The position numbers and the translations under genes are program-made. From the NCBI GenBank assembly GCA_001001485.1, contig LCKO01000003.1, positions 223 to 64,222 of the forward strand: DNA of 64,000 nt, written 5' to 3'. Origin of the DNA: Candidatus Collierbacteria bacterium GW2011_GWB2_45_17. Its GTDB lineage: Bacteria > Patescibacteriota > Microgenomatia > UBA1400 > MFAQ01. A model generated the notes under the pieces. That model had not been told where the DNA came from, did not search any database, and was given only the letters and a program-made list of their open reading frames with translations. Below, one piece after another: positions 47,737 through 56,749 of the stretch (the first letter of the stretch is position 1; each line of letters begins with the position of its first letter).

Positions 47737-48108
47737 ATGCTAAACAGACTAAGGATTCACCATGTATCGTTCCGGCATGCCTTTGACGGCTTATTACACG
47801 TTTTGAAGGCTCATCCAAACTTTCGTTTTCATATACTGGCCACCATATGCGCTATTCTTTTGGGCGTGTTCTTTAGAATAAGCACTTTTGAATGGTTAAT
47901 TCTTGTTTTTACCATTAATACGGTCTTGGTAGCCGAGATGATCAATACTTCAATCGAGTCGATAGTCGATCTCATCACCCTCGAACACCGGCAAGATGCC
48001 AAGATCGCCAAAGATGTTTCTGCCGGCATGGTTCTGGTGTCTGCCATCTTAGCTATCATTGTTGCTTTATTGATATTTTTATCCAAAATAGTAGGCAGTC
48101 TTTATTAA
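47737..48108 (+). CDS. dgkA: DgkA-family kinase (undecaprenol/diacylglycerol kinase)
   Basis: AFDGL..NFRFH, AEMINTSIESIVD, AKIAKDVSAG. Confidence 0.9.
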   Translation: MLNRLRIHHVSFRHAFDGLLHVLKAHPNFRFHILATICAILLGVFFRISTFEWLILVFTINTVLVAEMINTSIESIVDLITLEHRQDAKIAKDVSAGMVLVSAILAIIVALLIFLSKIVGSLY

Positions 48109-48109
48109 A

Positions 48110-49135
48110 ATGGCTATCTTACTGGGGATTTTAATCATCTCTTTTATAGTCCACGCTATTGCGATCGTTCCTTTTGTAAACTTTCTCTATCAGCTAAAGT
48201 TTTTTAAAAACCGAACTGCTGTTTCTCAAGAAAAGGACGACACAGCCTCTTCTCATATACGTTCAAAAGCCCTCACTCCGGAAGGGGGAGGACTACTTAT
48301 CTTAGTTATCACCAGTTTAATTTTTTCCTTTTGTATCCCGCTTCTGAAGCGGCTCGGTTTTGAGATTACTCACGTTTATCCCATAAACGACGAAATCAAC
48401 ATCATCTTTTTTACTTTTATTTCCTTTGGTCTTCTGGGATTATATGACGATATCGTTAAGTTTTTTGAGCTCGACAGGCAAGAAGGCTACACTGGGTTAA
48501 AAACCAGGTACAAATTTCTCATTCAAACAGTTCTTGGTCTGATCATTGGCGCCATGCTCTTTATTAATCTCGGTATCGACATCATTTACGTGCCCTTTCT
48601 GGGCGTTCTCCACTTTGGTATTTGGTTTATTCCGGTAGCCGCCTTTTTGGTGGTCACTTTTGCCAATGCCATCAATATTACCGATGGCATGGATGGCTTG
48701 GCCTCCGGCCTGCTGATGATCTCTTTATTTGGATTTCTGATTCTGTCCACCTCGATTCTGGACACTCCTCTCTCCATTTTTATCGCGCTCTGGTTGGGAG
48801 GTCTGATTGCCTTTCTTTACTTTAATGTTTTTCCGGCGCGTCTCTTCCTCGGAGACGTCGGAGCTTTGGCTTTTGGGGCTACTTTTGCCATGGTAGGGAT
48901 CTTGACCGGCAAAGTTATCGCCCTTATGATCATTGGTCTACCTTTTTTGATCGATGGTTTCAGTAGTTTGATTCAAATTTTATGGGTCAAAATCTTCCAT
49001 CGCCGGATATTACCCATCGCCCCACTTCACTATCTACTTTTAAAAATTGGTTGGTCGGAACCAAAAATAGTTCAAAGAGCCTGGCTCGTCGGCATCATGC
49101 TCGTTGTTTTTGGAATCTGGCTCTCCATTATTTAG
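48110..49135 (+). CDS. mraY: Phospho-N-acetylmuramoyl-pentapeptide transferase
   Basis: TPEGGG, GLYDD, NAINITDGMDGL, FLGDVG, APLHY. Confidence 0.93.
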   Translation: MAILLGILIISFIVHAIAIVPFVNFLYQLKFFKNRTAVSQEKDDTASSHIRSKALTPEGGGLLILVITSLIFSFCIPLLKRLGFEITHVYPINDEINIIFFTFISFGLLGLYDDIVKFFELDRQEGYTGLKTRYKFLIQTVLGLIIGAMLFINLGIDIIYVPFLGVLHFGIWFIPVAAFLVVTFANAINITDGMDGLASGLLMISLFGFLILSTSILDTPLSIFIALWLGGLIAFLYFNVFPARLFLGDVGALAFGATFAMVGILTGKVIALMIIGLPFLIDGFSSLIQILWVKIFHRRILPIAPLHYLLLKIGWSEPKIVQRAWLVGIMLVVFGIWLSII

Positions 49136-49137
49136 AC

Positions 49138-50214
49138 ATGAAGCGAGGCTTTATTTCTAATCGACTACCACTTTCCATACTACTTTCCGGTATTTTGGTC
49201 GCCTGTTTTGGGTTACTAGCCATTTTTGACGCTTCGGTCATCGACGCTTACCGTACCTTTGATGACAAGTTTCATTATGTCAAACAGCAATCTCTTTGGC
49301 TCGGTCTTGGAATCCTAGTGGCTTTGATCACGGCTAACATCCCCATTTCTTGGCTCAAAAAAAATTCCGTCATTCTTTATGGATTTACCCTTATTCTGAT
49401 GCTTATTGTTCTGATACCTGGTCTTGGCACCAAACTGCAGGGAGCCAGGAGATGGCTCATTTTTGGACCGCTGATATTTCAACCTTCGGAACTGCTCAAA
49501 ATTACTCTGGCTATCTATTTGGCCAGGTGGTTGGAACAGGGGAGAGAGTTTAAGCATTTTTTGGGTATTCTAGCCTTAAACCTCACCTTGATCATGTTAC
49601 AGCCGGATCTGGGGACTGCGATCATCACTGTCGGCATGGCTTTTATGATTTACTACCTCTCAGGCGCCAAAATAAAAGAAATCATTGCTTTTAGTTTGAT
49701 TCTTTTGGTAGCCATCAGTGGGCTTATCTTTGCTTCTCCATATCGGCTTACCCGAGTGCAAACTTTTATGGATCCAACTCAAGATCCTCTAGGAGCTTCT
49801 TATCACATCAATCAGGTTCTCTACGGCCTTGGTTCTGGGGGCCTATACGGAGTCGGTCTTGGTCGGTCGCGCCAGAAATATGCCTATCTGCCCGAAGCGA
49901 CGACGGACTCCATTTTTGTCATCATCGCCGAAGAGTTTGGCTTTTTCGGCAGTACCTTACTTATTTTATTGCTGGTCGGTCTTCTAACCGCTTCTCTTAA
50001 AGTGGCCAAGGCCGTCGAAGATAAATTTGATAAACTATTGGCCAGTGGCATCTCATTATTATTTTTAATACAAATTTTGGTAAATTTAAGCTCCATGGTG
50101 GCTCTCACCCCTCTCACCGGTGTACCCTTACCGTTTATCTCTTACGGTGGCTCATCTTTAGTGACCAATTTTATTGCCTTGGGACTCTTGATTAATATTT
50201 CCAAACGCGCATGA
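49138..50214 (+). CDS. ftsW: SEDS peptidoglycan glycosyltransferase FtsW
   Basis: GARRW..FQPSE, QPDLGT, YLPEATTDSIF, PLTGVPLPFISYGGSS; start ATG 49138. Confidence 0.92.
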   Translation: MKRGFISNRLPLSILLSGILVACFGLLAIFDASVIDAYRTFDDKFHYVKQQSLWLGLGILVALITANIPISWLKKNSVILYGFTLILMLIVLIPGLGTKLQGARRWLIFGPLIFQPSELLKITLAIYLARWLEQGREFKHFLGILALNLTLIMLQPDLGTAIITVGMAFMIYYLSGAKIKEIIAFSLILLVAISGLIFASPYRLTRVQTFMDPTQDPLGASYHINQVLYGLGSGGLYGVGLGRSRQKYAYLPEATTDSIFVIIAEEFGFFGSTLLILLLVGLLTASLKVAKAVEDKFDKLLASGISLLFLIQILVNLSSMVALTPLTGVPLPFISYGGSSLVTNFIALGLLINISKRA

Positions 50215-51281
50215 ATAAGCTCATCATCTTCACCGGTGGACATCACAACAGCGCTCTCGAAGTAGCCAAACTCCTTCAGAAAGATGGCTACCGAATTATC
50301 TGGATCGGTCATAAATTTACTGCCAAAGGAGAAAAAAGCCTCTCGGCCGAGTTCCAGGAAATCACCCGTGCCGGTATCAAGTTTTTGGAACTAAAAACAG
50401 GTAAATTTTATCGGAAAACCGATCCCTTAGAGTGGTTCAAAATTATTTTCGGTTTCTTCCAGTCTTTTCTTTATTTACTCACCTACCGCCCGGCCATGAT
50501 TTTTTCTTCCGGTGGCTATCTTTCGGTTCCGGTGGTAATCTCGGGCTGGTTTTTGAGGATTCCTTCAATCACTCACGAACAAACCGTCGTCGCCGGCTGG
50601 GCCAACAAGGCCATCGCTCCTTTTGTTAAAAAAATTCTTTTGACACACGCTTCTTCAATTGGAAATTTTCCCAAAGATAAGTCCGAAGTGGTCGGCTTAC
50701 CTGTCAGGCAAGAGCTTCTAAATCATAAGCACCTCAAAAAGTTTGAGCCAAAACTTCTATATGTAACCTGTGGTAAACAAGGTTCTCACCTTATCAATCA
50801 AGCTTTGTTCCCCATAATTCCCCAGTTAATCAAAAAGTTTACCGTGGTTCACCAAACCGGTTCCAGTACTTTAACCGGAGATCTGGATCGTGCCCGAAGA
50901 ATAAAAAATAAGTTGGGTGAAGAAGGTGACCGTTATATTTTCGCACCTTACTTCTTTGCTGAATCTGCCGTCACCTACATTCGTTCCGCCTCCGTGATTG
51001 TCAGTCGTGCCGGTGCTCATATCGTCTATGAACTCTTACTCCTCGCCAAGAAAGCCGTCCTGATTCCCATTTCTTGGGTTTCCCACAACGAACAACGGTT
51101 AAACGCTCAGTTGGCCCAGGCACAAATTGGCAGTCATATCTTGGAAGAAAAAGACTTAACTCCTGATAGTCTCTATCAGAGCATTTTAGACCTAGCCAAA
51201 AAGCCGAGTCTCAAACCTACTATTAAACTGAGTACCCATGCTACAGAAGAGATTGCGAACGCCATTCGACAGTCCATTTAA
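50211..51281 (+). CDS. murG: MurG glycosyltransferase
   Basis: TGGH, GGYLSVP, HEQT, GLPVR, SRAGA, EQRLNA. Confidence 0.92.
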   Translation: MNKLIIFTGGHHNSALEVAKLLQKDGYRIIWIGHKFTAKGEKSLSAEFQEITRAGIKFLELKTGKFYRKTDPLEWFKIIFGFFQSFLYLLTYRPAMIFSSGGYLSVPVVISGWFLRIPSITHEQTVVAGWANKAIAPFVKKILLTHASSIGNFPKDKSEVVGLPVRQELLNHKHLKKFEPKLLYVTCGKQGSHLINQALFPIIPQLIKKFTVVHQTGSSTLTGDLDRARRIKNKLGEEGDRYIFAPYFFAESAVTYIRSASVIVSRAGAHIVYELLLLAKKAVLIPISWVSHNEQRLNAQLAQAQIGSHILEEKDLTPDSLYQSILDLAKKPSLKPTIKLSTHATEEIANAIRQSI

Positions 51282-52041
51282 CCGGCTTGGTAGATTATTG
51301 AGGAGACTTTTGCCTCTATTTATTTTATTTCTATTTATTTTTTTGGCTAACAATTTATTTACCGTTCGAAAAATTGAGTGCGTTTTTAATAACGACGCTT
51401 GCTCGTCGGCAGTCTTCGAGAAGTTAAATAAATATCTAGGTTCAAATGTACTTCTCATAAATCAAAAGGATATCAGTTCGTCCATCAACTCCCTCTTATC
51501 GGTCGAAAATATTAAGATTGGTTTTAAAGTATTTAACACCCTCAGTCTTAGATTAAATGGTCGTCTGGTCTCACTCAACGCCCAGGTTTCTCTGACCCAA
51601 GAACTGCCAAGACTAAGCCTTGATGATGTTTCTCTATCCAGTGATTCGGCCGAGTTTATCAAGCCAACCGAGGAAATTAATCAGTTTAATAAAACGGTGA
51701 ACTTTTCGAACTTCGAGATCTGGGACAATGGTCTTATGTCTCCTGTAGCCTCCGCAGAATCAAAGATAAAATATTTGTTTACCGAAAAGCCCACCGTCCA
51801 AACCGTTAAATCCGTTTATGCGCTGGTAAAGCTGGTCGAAAAGTATCTTAACGCGGATCAAATCATGATCCTGAACCAAAAAATTTTCTTGAGGCAGGCG
51901 AACCAACCTGATATCATTGTAAATATCCCTTTTGACGAGGATAATCTGGTGCAGGCATTGCAATCGTATGAATATCTGACTACTATTAAAAAAGATACCA
52001 AAGTCATCGATTTAAGATTTAAAAATCCTATACTAAGATAA
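51238..52041 (+). CDS. ftsQ: FtsQ/DivIB-like protein
   Basis: Single TM helix, POTRA-like start, C-terminal VIDLRFKNP; directly before ftsA. Confidence 0.7.
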   Translation: MLQKRLRTPFDSPFNRLGRLLRRLLPLFILFLFIFLANNLFTVRKIECVFNNDACSSAVFEKLNKYLGSNVLLINQKDISSSINSLLSVENIKIGFKVFNTLSLRLNGRLVSLNAQVSLTQELPRLSLDDVSLSSDSAEFIKPTEEINQFNKTVNFSNFEIWDNGLMSPVASAESKIKYLFTEKPTVQTVKSVYALVKLVEKYLNADQIMILNQKIFLRQANQPDIIVNIPFDEDNLVQALQSYEYLTTIKKDTKVIDLRFKNPILR

Positions 52042-52042
52042 T

Positions 52043-53317
52043 ATGGCCAAAATACAGAGTATCAATGCTATCGATATAGGTTCCAGCAAGATTACTTGTC
52101 TAATTACTAACCCCTCCCAAGATGGCGTCAAAATTAACGTCGTCGGTGTCGCCACGGTCCCAAGCCGCGGCGTTCGTAAGGGACAAATTGTGAACATCGA
52201 AGAGTGCGTTGGTGCCATTACCGACTGCGTCGAGTCTGCCGAACGGATGTCCGGTCTCGGGGTAGACTCAGCCTTTGTTTCTATTTCCGGGGAACACATT
52301 GGTTCTCAAAACTCCCACGGACTGGTCGCCATTCGCGAAACCGACGAAGAAATCTCAGCAGACGATGTTTTTCGGGTCATCGAAGCCGCTAGAGCTGTCT
52401 CCTTGCCCAGTTCCAGAGAGATAATTCATGTGCTACCCAGTGAATTTGTGGTCGATAGTCAGCGCGGTATCAAAGACCCCACTGGTATGTCCGGAGTGCG
52501 TTTGGAAACAGAGGCTCATCTGATCACCGGTCTCTCTCCAGCCATCAAGAATGTCACCCGCTGTGTCAGTGAATTGGGAGTCAGTGTGGTCGGCTTGGTT
52601 TTTACCGGACTGGCTTCTGCTGAGGCTGTTCTCACCGAAACCGATAAAGAGCTTGGAGTCGCGTTGGTTGACATCGGTGGGGGGACAACCAGTATTTGTA
52701 TCTACTTGGAAGGTTCTTGCGTTTACTCGGCCGTTATCCCGGTTGGTGCCAAAAAAATTAGTGATGATATTGCCATTGGTCTGCAGGTAAGTGTCGATAG
52801 TGCTGAAAAAATAAAACATTATGTGAGTAAGCCAAAAGTGGCTAGAGATGAGGATGATCAGAAAACTGTCGATGATATTGATCTCACCAAACTTGGTCTC
52901 AGCGAGGATGTCAAAAAAGTTTCCCGAAAAACTATTGTCGAAGGCATTATCCGTCCCAGACTCAACGAGATTTTTGCTATGGTTGGCCAGGTGATCAAAC
53001 AGTCCGGTTACGAAGACCAAACTCCGGCTGGAGTCGTCCTTACCGGAGGCGGATCTCTGACGGTGAACTGTACCGAAGCCTGTCGTCGAGTTCTGCAACT
53101 TCCCGCCAAAATTGGCTTGCCAACAGGTCTCTCCGGTATGATCGAAGAAATCTCCACCCCGTCAGCTACTGCCGCGGTCGGACTTATTATCTATGGATAC
53201 CGTCGGAAAGATGAAATGACCCCTTCAGGATTTAATCTCTCTGGTATGATAAAGGGAATTCCCGGCAAACAGCTTGCCGGCCGGGTTGTCGAATTTATAA
53301 AATCCTTTTTACCATAA
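52043..53317 (+). CDS. ftsA: Cell division protein FtsA
   Basis: [31 protein letters not shown]-terminal amphipathic helix. Confidence 0.96.
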   Translation: MAKIQSINAIDIGSSKITCLITNPSQDGVKINVVGVATVPSRGVRKGQIVNIEECVGAITDCVESAERMSGLGVDSAFVSISGEHIGSQNSHGLVAIRETDEEISADDVFRVIEAARAVSLPSSREIIHVLPSEFVVDSQRGIKDPTGMSGVRLETEAHLITGLSPAIKNVTRCVSELGVSVVGLVFTGLASAEAVLTETDKELGVALVDIGGGTTSICIYLEGSCVYSAVIPVGAKKISDDIAIGLQVSVDSAEKIKHYVSKPKVARDEDDQKTVDDIDLTKLGLSEDVKKVSRKTIVEGIIRPRLNEIFAMVGQVIKQSGYEDQTPAGVVLTGGGSLTVNCTEACRRVLQLPAKIGLPTGLSGMIEEISTPSATAAVGLIIYGYRRKDEMTPSGFNLSGMIKGIPGKQLAGRVVEFIKSFLP

Positions 53318-53321
53318 AAAA

Positions 53322-54500
53322 GTGGGTCTCGTAAAACCAGATACAAATACTTTTGCCAAGATCAAAGTTCTTGGAGTCGGGGGAGGCGGCAACAACGCCG
53401 TCAACTCCATGATTTCCTCAGGCAAAATCAAAGGAGTCGAGTTTATTGCTATTAATACCGACATGCAGGCTCTTCTGGCCAGCAATGCCGATATCAAACT
53501 CCAAATAGGGGAGAAAAGCACCAAAGGTTTGGGATCGGGATCCAATCCTGAAGTCGGTCAAATGGCCGCCGAAGAGTCGCGGGAGAGAATCAAGGATGTT
53601 CTCATGGGGGCTGATATGGTTTTTATCACCGCTGGAGAAGGTGGGGGTACCGGTACAGGAGCCGCTCCCATCATTGCCGAGATTGCCAAAAAAGATGTCG
53701 GCGCTCTCACCGTCGCCGTCGTTACCAAGCCTTTCCTCTTTGAGGGTGCCCGCCGTCGTGTTCAAGCCGAAGAAGGCATCGAAAAACTCAAAGAAAATGT
53801 GGACACTTTGATCGTCATTCCCAATCAGCGTTTAATGGATGTCATTAAAAAAGATCAAACCCTTTTGGAAGCCTTCAAAACGGCCGATTCGATTCTGGGC
53901 CAAGGGGTTCAGAGTATTTCCGACTTGATTACCATGCCAGGACTCATCAATGTTGATTTTGCCGATGTTAAAACTGTTATGGCCAACGCCGGTTCGGCTC
54001 TCATGGGTATTGGTCGTGCCAGTGGAGAAAAAAGGGCTCTCATCGCCGCAAACGCCGCTGTCAGCTCACCTCTTCTGGAAGTCAGCATAGAAGGGGCCAA
54101 GGGTATTTTATTTAACATTACCGGAGGCAAGAGTTTGACCATGAACGAGGTAAACGACGCGGCCACCATCATTACCCAGTCGGCCGATCCCGATGCAAAC
54201 ATTATTTTTGGTGCCACTATTCGAGAAGATTTGGGGGATGATATTCAAATTTCGGTCATCGCCGCCGGCTTCGACAGTATTCGTCACTTTGCTCCTTCCC
54301 AGTCAGTCACCACTTACTTCAAACCAGCCGGACTGGAGCCGGTTCAGTCTTCTCCACCCGTCATTGCGAGTCTCGTACCCGAGCCGAAGCAATCTAACTC
54401 CACTCTGCCCAAATCGATCGGCAAGTACAAGCTTGAGCACGACGAGGTCGACATCGAAGACGATCTCGACATCCCCACCTTCCTCCGCAACAAATCCTAA
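53322..54500 (+). CDS. ftsZ: Cell division protein FtsZ
   Basis: [25 protein letters not shown]-terminal DIPTFLR. Confidence 0.98.
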   Translation: MGLVKPDTNTFAKIKVLGVGGGGNNAVNSMISSGKIKGVEFIAINTDMQALLASNADIKLQIGEKSTKGLGSGSNPEVGQMAAEESRERIKDVLMGADMVFITAGEGGGTGTGAAPIIAEIAKKDVGALTVAVVTKPFLFEGARRRVQAEEGIEKLKENVDTLIVIPNQRLMDVIKKDQTLLEAFKTADSILGQGVQSISDLITMPGLINVDFADVKTVMANAGSALMGIGRASGEKRALIAANAAVSSPLLEVSIEGAKGILFNITGGKSLTMNEVNDAATIITQSADPDANIIFGATIREDLGDDIQISVIAAGFDSIRHFAPSQSVTTYFKPAGLEPVQSSPPVIASLVPEPKQSNSTLPKSIGKYKLEHDEVDIEDDLDIPTFLRNKS

Positions 54501-54560
54501 ATCGGCTATAATACCCCGTAATCGTCTTGCTCGTTAAATTTTTTGTGGAGGAGGTGTGCG

Positions 54561-55100
54561 GTGTCAAGAGTCACCACTTTTGAAGGTCATGGAATCTCGG
54601 CCATCGTAGGCAACATCGTCTTGGCCGTTATTCCGTTGATTTTTATTTTTTTGGCGGAATTTTCTATCGGCATTGGAGTTCACTGGGTGTTTCTTGTTAT
54701 CTGTACCTTTTCTATCATTCTGTTTCCCCATCAAACCTATCTTTTTTTTGAAGCAAAGCACCTGATTGACAAAAACGGTCTCGTTGACAATCTCAATCTC
54801 ACCAAAGTAGCTGTCTTTGGTAGCTTGAGCCTGCTCGGGCTCGCTCTTCAGGTGATAACACTCATTCGGCTAATTAACCTCTTTAATTTTGGAATCTACG
54901 GCTCCTTGGCTGTCATCCCTTTGTCACTGGTGGCTTCTCTTGGTGCCTGTCTGGGGCTCACCGACTTGTCGCTGTTTCAAGGTTTTTGGCCTCCATTGCT
55001 ATTTAAACATCTCAAATTGGTATTCAAAAACTCTGACCTCACAGCTCTCTGTTTGGGAACCACCATCCTTCTTGCTCTCTTAATCTTACTATTTCTTTAA
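54561..55100 (+). CDS. Hypothetical multi-pass membrane protein
   Basis: GGAGGAGGT ribosome-binding site before GTG 54561; about 5 hydrophobic segments. Confidence 0.65.
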   Translation: MSRVTTFEGHGISAIVGNIVLAVIPLIFIFLAEFSIGIGVHWVFLVICTFSIILFPHQTYLFFEAKHLIDKNGLVDNLNLTKVAVFGSLSLLGLALQVITLIRLINLFNFGIYGSLAVIPLSLVASLGACLGLTDLSLFQGFWPPLLFKHLKLVFKNSDLTALCLGTTILLALLILLFL

Positions 55101-55112
55101 TCGCGTTTTTTT

Positions 55113-55140
55113 ATCGCTCTCTACCATGAGGGCGATTTTT
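55113..55140 (+). terminator. Intrinsic terminator
   Basis: ATCGCTCTC-taccat-GAGGGCGAT followed by TTTT. Confidence 0.7.
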
Positions 55141-55178
55141 ACCCAAATTGAGCATTCTGTGCGAACAACCCTATAGTA

Positions 55179-55207
55179 TTGACTTTTAGAGGTATTTGTG
55201 GTATATT
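55179..55207 (+). promoter_or_regulatory. Sigma70-type promoter
   Basis: TTGACT - 17 nt - TATATT with TG extension. Confidence 0.7.
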
Positions 55208-55282
55208 CCACGAAGTAAGTAATTCATTCAACTGAGGCTATCTAACTTCAGATCTTAGTTCTTTAAAACAAGGAGAAACCCC

Positions 55283-55714
55283 ATGTCATTCGTAGACGTA
55301 CTTAATTTGGTATTGGCTTTTTTTGTGGCTAATGCCGTGTGTGCGATTATCCCCATTATCCTAAGCGTTGCTCTCTTGGTTGTAGCTTTTATTAACTATT
55401 CCATGAAAGAGCGCAAATCTCTGAAGAAGTTCAAGGTGACCAAACTTCGTGACTATCGCTATGTTTCCCAGTCTCGGTTTATCATTACACTTCTGAAGTG
55501 TGCGGAAATCGATCATGTTGTAAAAAATAAACCTGAGTGGGCAACTGATGGAGTTTTTGTTTTGCGCCAGATTGCGAGCAAGCCCGAAGACGTCGGAGCT
55601 GTTGAGCTCGATGGCCGTGTAAGTTACACGCTCGACCGTTGGTGCAATGAGGCAGACAGCATTAATGCTCGTACGATACGTTTTGACCCCACCACAGTTG
55701 TGGAAGTGAAGTAA
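55283..55714 (+). CDS. Hypothetical protein with N-terminal TM segment
   Basis: AAGGAGA ribosome-binding site; 143-aa ORF. Confidence 0.65.
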   Translation: MSFVDVLNLVLAFFVANAVCAIIPIILSVALLVVAFINYSMKERKSLKKFKVTKLRDYRYVSQSRFIITLLKCAEIDHVVKNKPEWATDGVFVLRQIASKPEDVGAVELDGRVSYTLDRWCNEADSINARTIRFDPTTVVEVK

Positions 55715-55735
55715 CTCTTCAAAAAGGAGAAAGCT

Positions 55736-55933
55736 ATGTCCGAGAAATACGAATGGCAGGAATTACCATCAATTGTTTATGGTAATGGTAACGACGAACC
55801 TGTGCGGGAAGGCGAGATTGAACTTAACCATTGCCCTCATGCAGGTGACTACATTGAAGTGGGTGATGGTGACCAGCTTCGTGTTTCCAAAGTGGTTCAT
55901 CGTACTGGAAAACCAGTTTTGTTAGTTTGTTAA
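55736..55933 (+). CDS. Small hypothetical protein
   Basis: AAGGAGA ribosome-binding site; beta-rich PHAGDYIEV..LRVSKVVH. Confidence 0.6.
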   Translation: MSEKYEWQELPSIVYGNGNDEPVREGEIELNHCPHAGDYIEVGDGDQLRVSKVVHRTGKPVLLVC

Positions 55934-55949
55934 ACAAGCAATGTTATTT

Positions 55950-55986
55950 AACTCCCACACCAGTTCTCTGGCTAGGGAGTTTTTTT
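55950..55986 (+). terminator. Intrinsic terminator
   Basis: AACTCCC..CCAG-ttct-CTGG..GGGAGTT followed by a T run. Confidence 0.75.
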
Positions 55987-56029
55987 ATTGGCAAAAATTA
56001 AATTTGACAACCACGTCTATAATCAAGCT

Positions 56030-56335
56030 ATGAATAAAAATCCGCTTGTGAATGCCCTCTTGGCGTTTTTATATATTTGCCTTTTGGTTTTTGTCATGAC
56101 CTGGGGAACAAAATTCATCCCCGGTCCCGACCCCGTCGTTATGCCGGTGGTCATGCTTAGCCTCTTTACCTTTTCTGCCGCTGTCATGGGTTATTTGTTT
56201 TGTCTACAACCACTCCAGCTTTATCTTGATGGCCACAAAAAGTCTGCCATCCGCCTATTCGTCCAAACCGTAGGCATTTTTGGCAGTATTACTTTACTGA
56301 TGTTAGTTCTCCTTTTCTCCGGCCTCACCTCCTAG
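56030..56335 (+). CDS. Three-TM hypothetical membrane protein
   Basis: ATG 56030 lies 6 nt after TATAAT; LSLFTFSAAVMGYLF..P..LYLDG. Confidence 0.75.
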   Translation: MNKNPLVNALLAFLYICLLVFVMTWGTKFIPGPDPVVMPVVMLSLFTFSAAVMGYLFCLQPLQLYLDGHKKSAIRLFVQTVGIFGSITLLMLVLLFSGLTS

Positions 56336-56346
56336 TCACTTGATTA

Positions 56347-56391
56347 TTCGGATTATATTTGGTTTAATAAAGGTATTCGGCTATTATTCGG
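56347..56391 (+). promoter_or_regulatory. Two direct-repeat operators, probable LexA (SOS) boxes
   Basis: TTCGG-attata-TTTGG (56347-56362) and TTCGG-ctatta-TTCGG (56376-56391), upstream of the dinB operon and overlapping TTGATT-17-TTTAAT. Confidence 0.7.
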
Positions 56392-56395
56392 TATC

Positions 56396-56477
56396 GTCAT
56401 CGCGAGGTCGCCTAGGCGACCGTGGCGATCCAAAAAAACATGGATTGCCACAGCTCGAATACGAGATTCGCAATGAC
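56396..56477. repeat. 82-bp multi-hairpin GTCAT...ATGAC element (MITE/RPE-like)
   Basis: Terminal IR GTCATCGCGA/TCGCAATGAC; internal GGTCGCCTAGGCGACC, GTGGCGATCCA/TGGATTGCCAC and CTCG-aata-CGAG. Confidence 0.85.
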
Positions 56478-56488
56478 ATAAAACTAAA

Positions 56489-56749
56489 ATGATCCAAAAA
56501 ATATCCGCCCCAATTTCCGTTGATTTACTCTACGATCATCGCAAACACACAGTTGTTCCTCGTCAGATTTTCTGGGACGGGAAAAACCTGCGGGTTGATC
56601 AGGTCGGTCTGCACCACACCTTCCGCGAGGGTCGTACTCTCTTTCATATTTTCTCTGTTGTCTCTCAAGGACTTTCTTTTCGGTTACGTCTCAATACCGA
56701 TTCATTATTTTGGACCTTAGAAGAACTCTCCGATGGGCTTGCCAATTAA
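56489..56749 (+). CDS. Small protein coupled to dinB (DUF6504/ImuB C-terminus-like pattern)
   Basis: P..IFWDG..LRV..FSVV..FRLRL..W.LEE pattern; overlaps the dinB start. Confidence 0.65.
   Translation: MIQKISAPISVDLLYDHRKHTVVPRQIFWDGKNLRVDQVGLHHTFREGRTLFHIFSVVSQGLSFRLRLNTDSLFWTLEELSDGLAN

Noticed and set aside
48982-49137. N-terminal extension of the ftsW ORF
   Set aside because: It overlaps mraY and is non-homologous; ATG 49138 follows the mraY stop
50211-51281. MurG glycine loops shortened or altered (TGGH, CGKQGS)
   Set aside because: The other motifs and the context are intact; likely lineage drift rather than a new function
52433-53098. 221-aa antisense ORF within ftsA, and similar antisense ORFs across the window
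   Set aside because: Expected shadow frames of conserved genes, with no motifs or expression signals
56004-56023. Perfect TTGACA and TATAAT before the gene at 56030 as one promoter
   Set aside because: The spacer is only 8 nt, so only the -10 box is counted
56396-56477. Cloverleaf-like 82-nt structure as a tRNA
   Set aside because: No T-loop GTTCRA or D-loop consensus and no CCA; terminal inverted repeats fit a miniature element better
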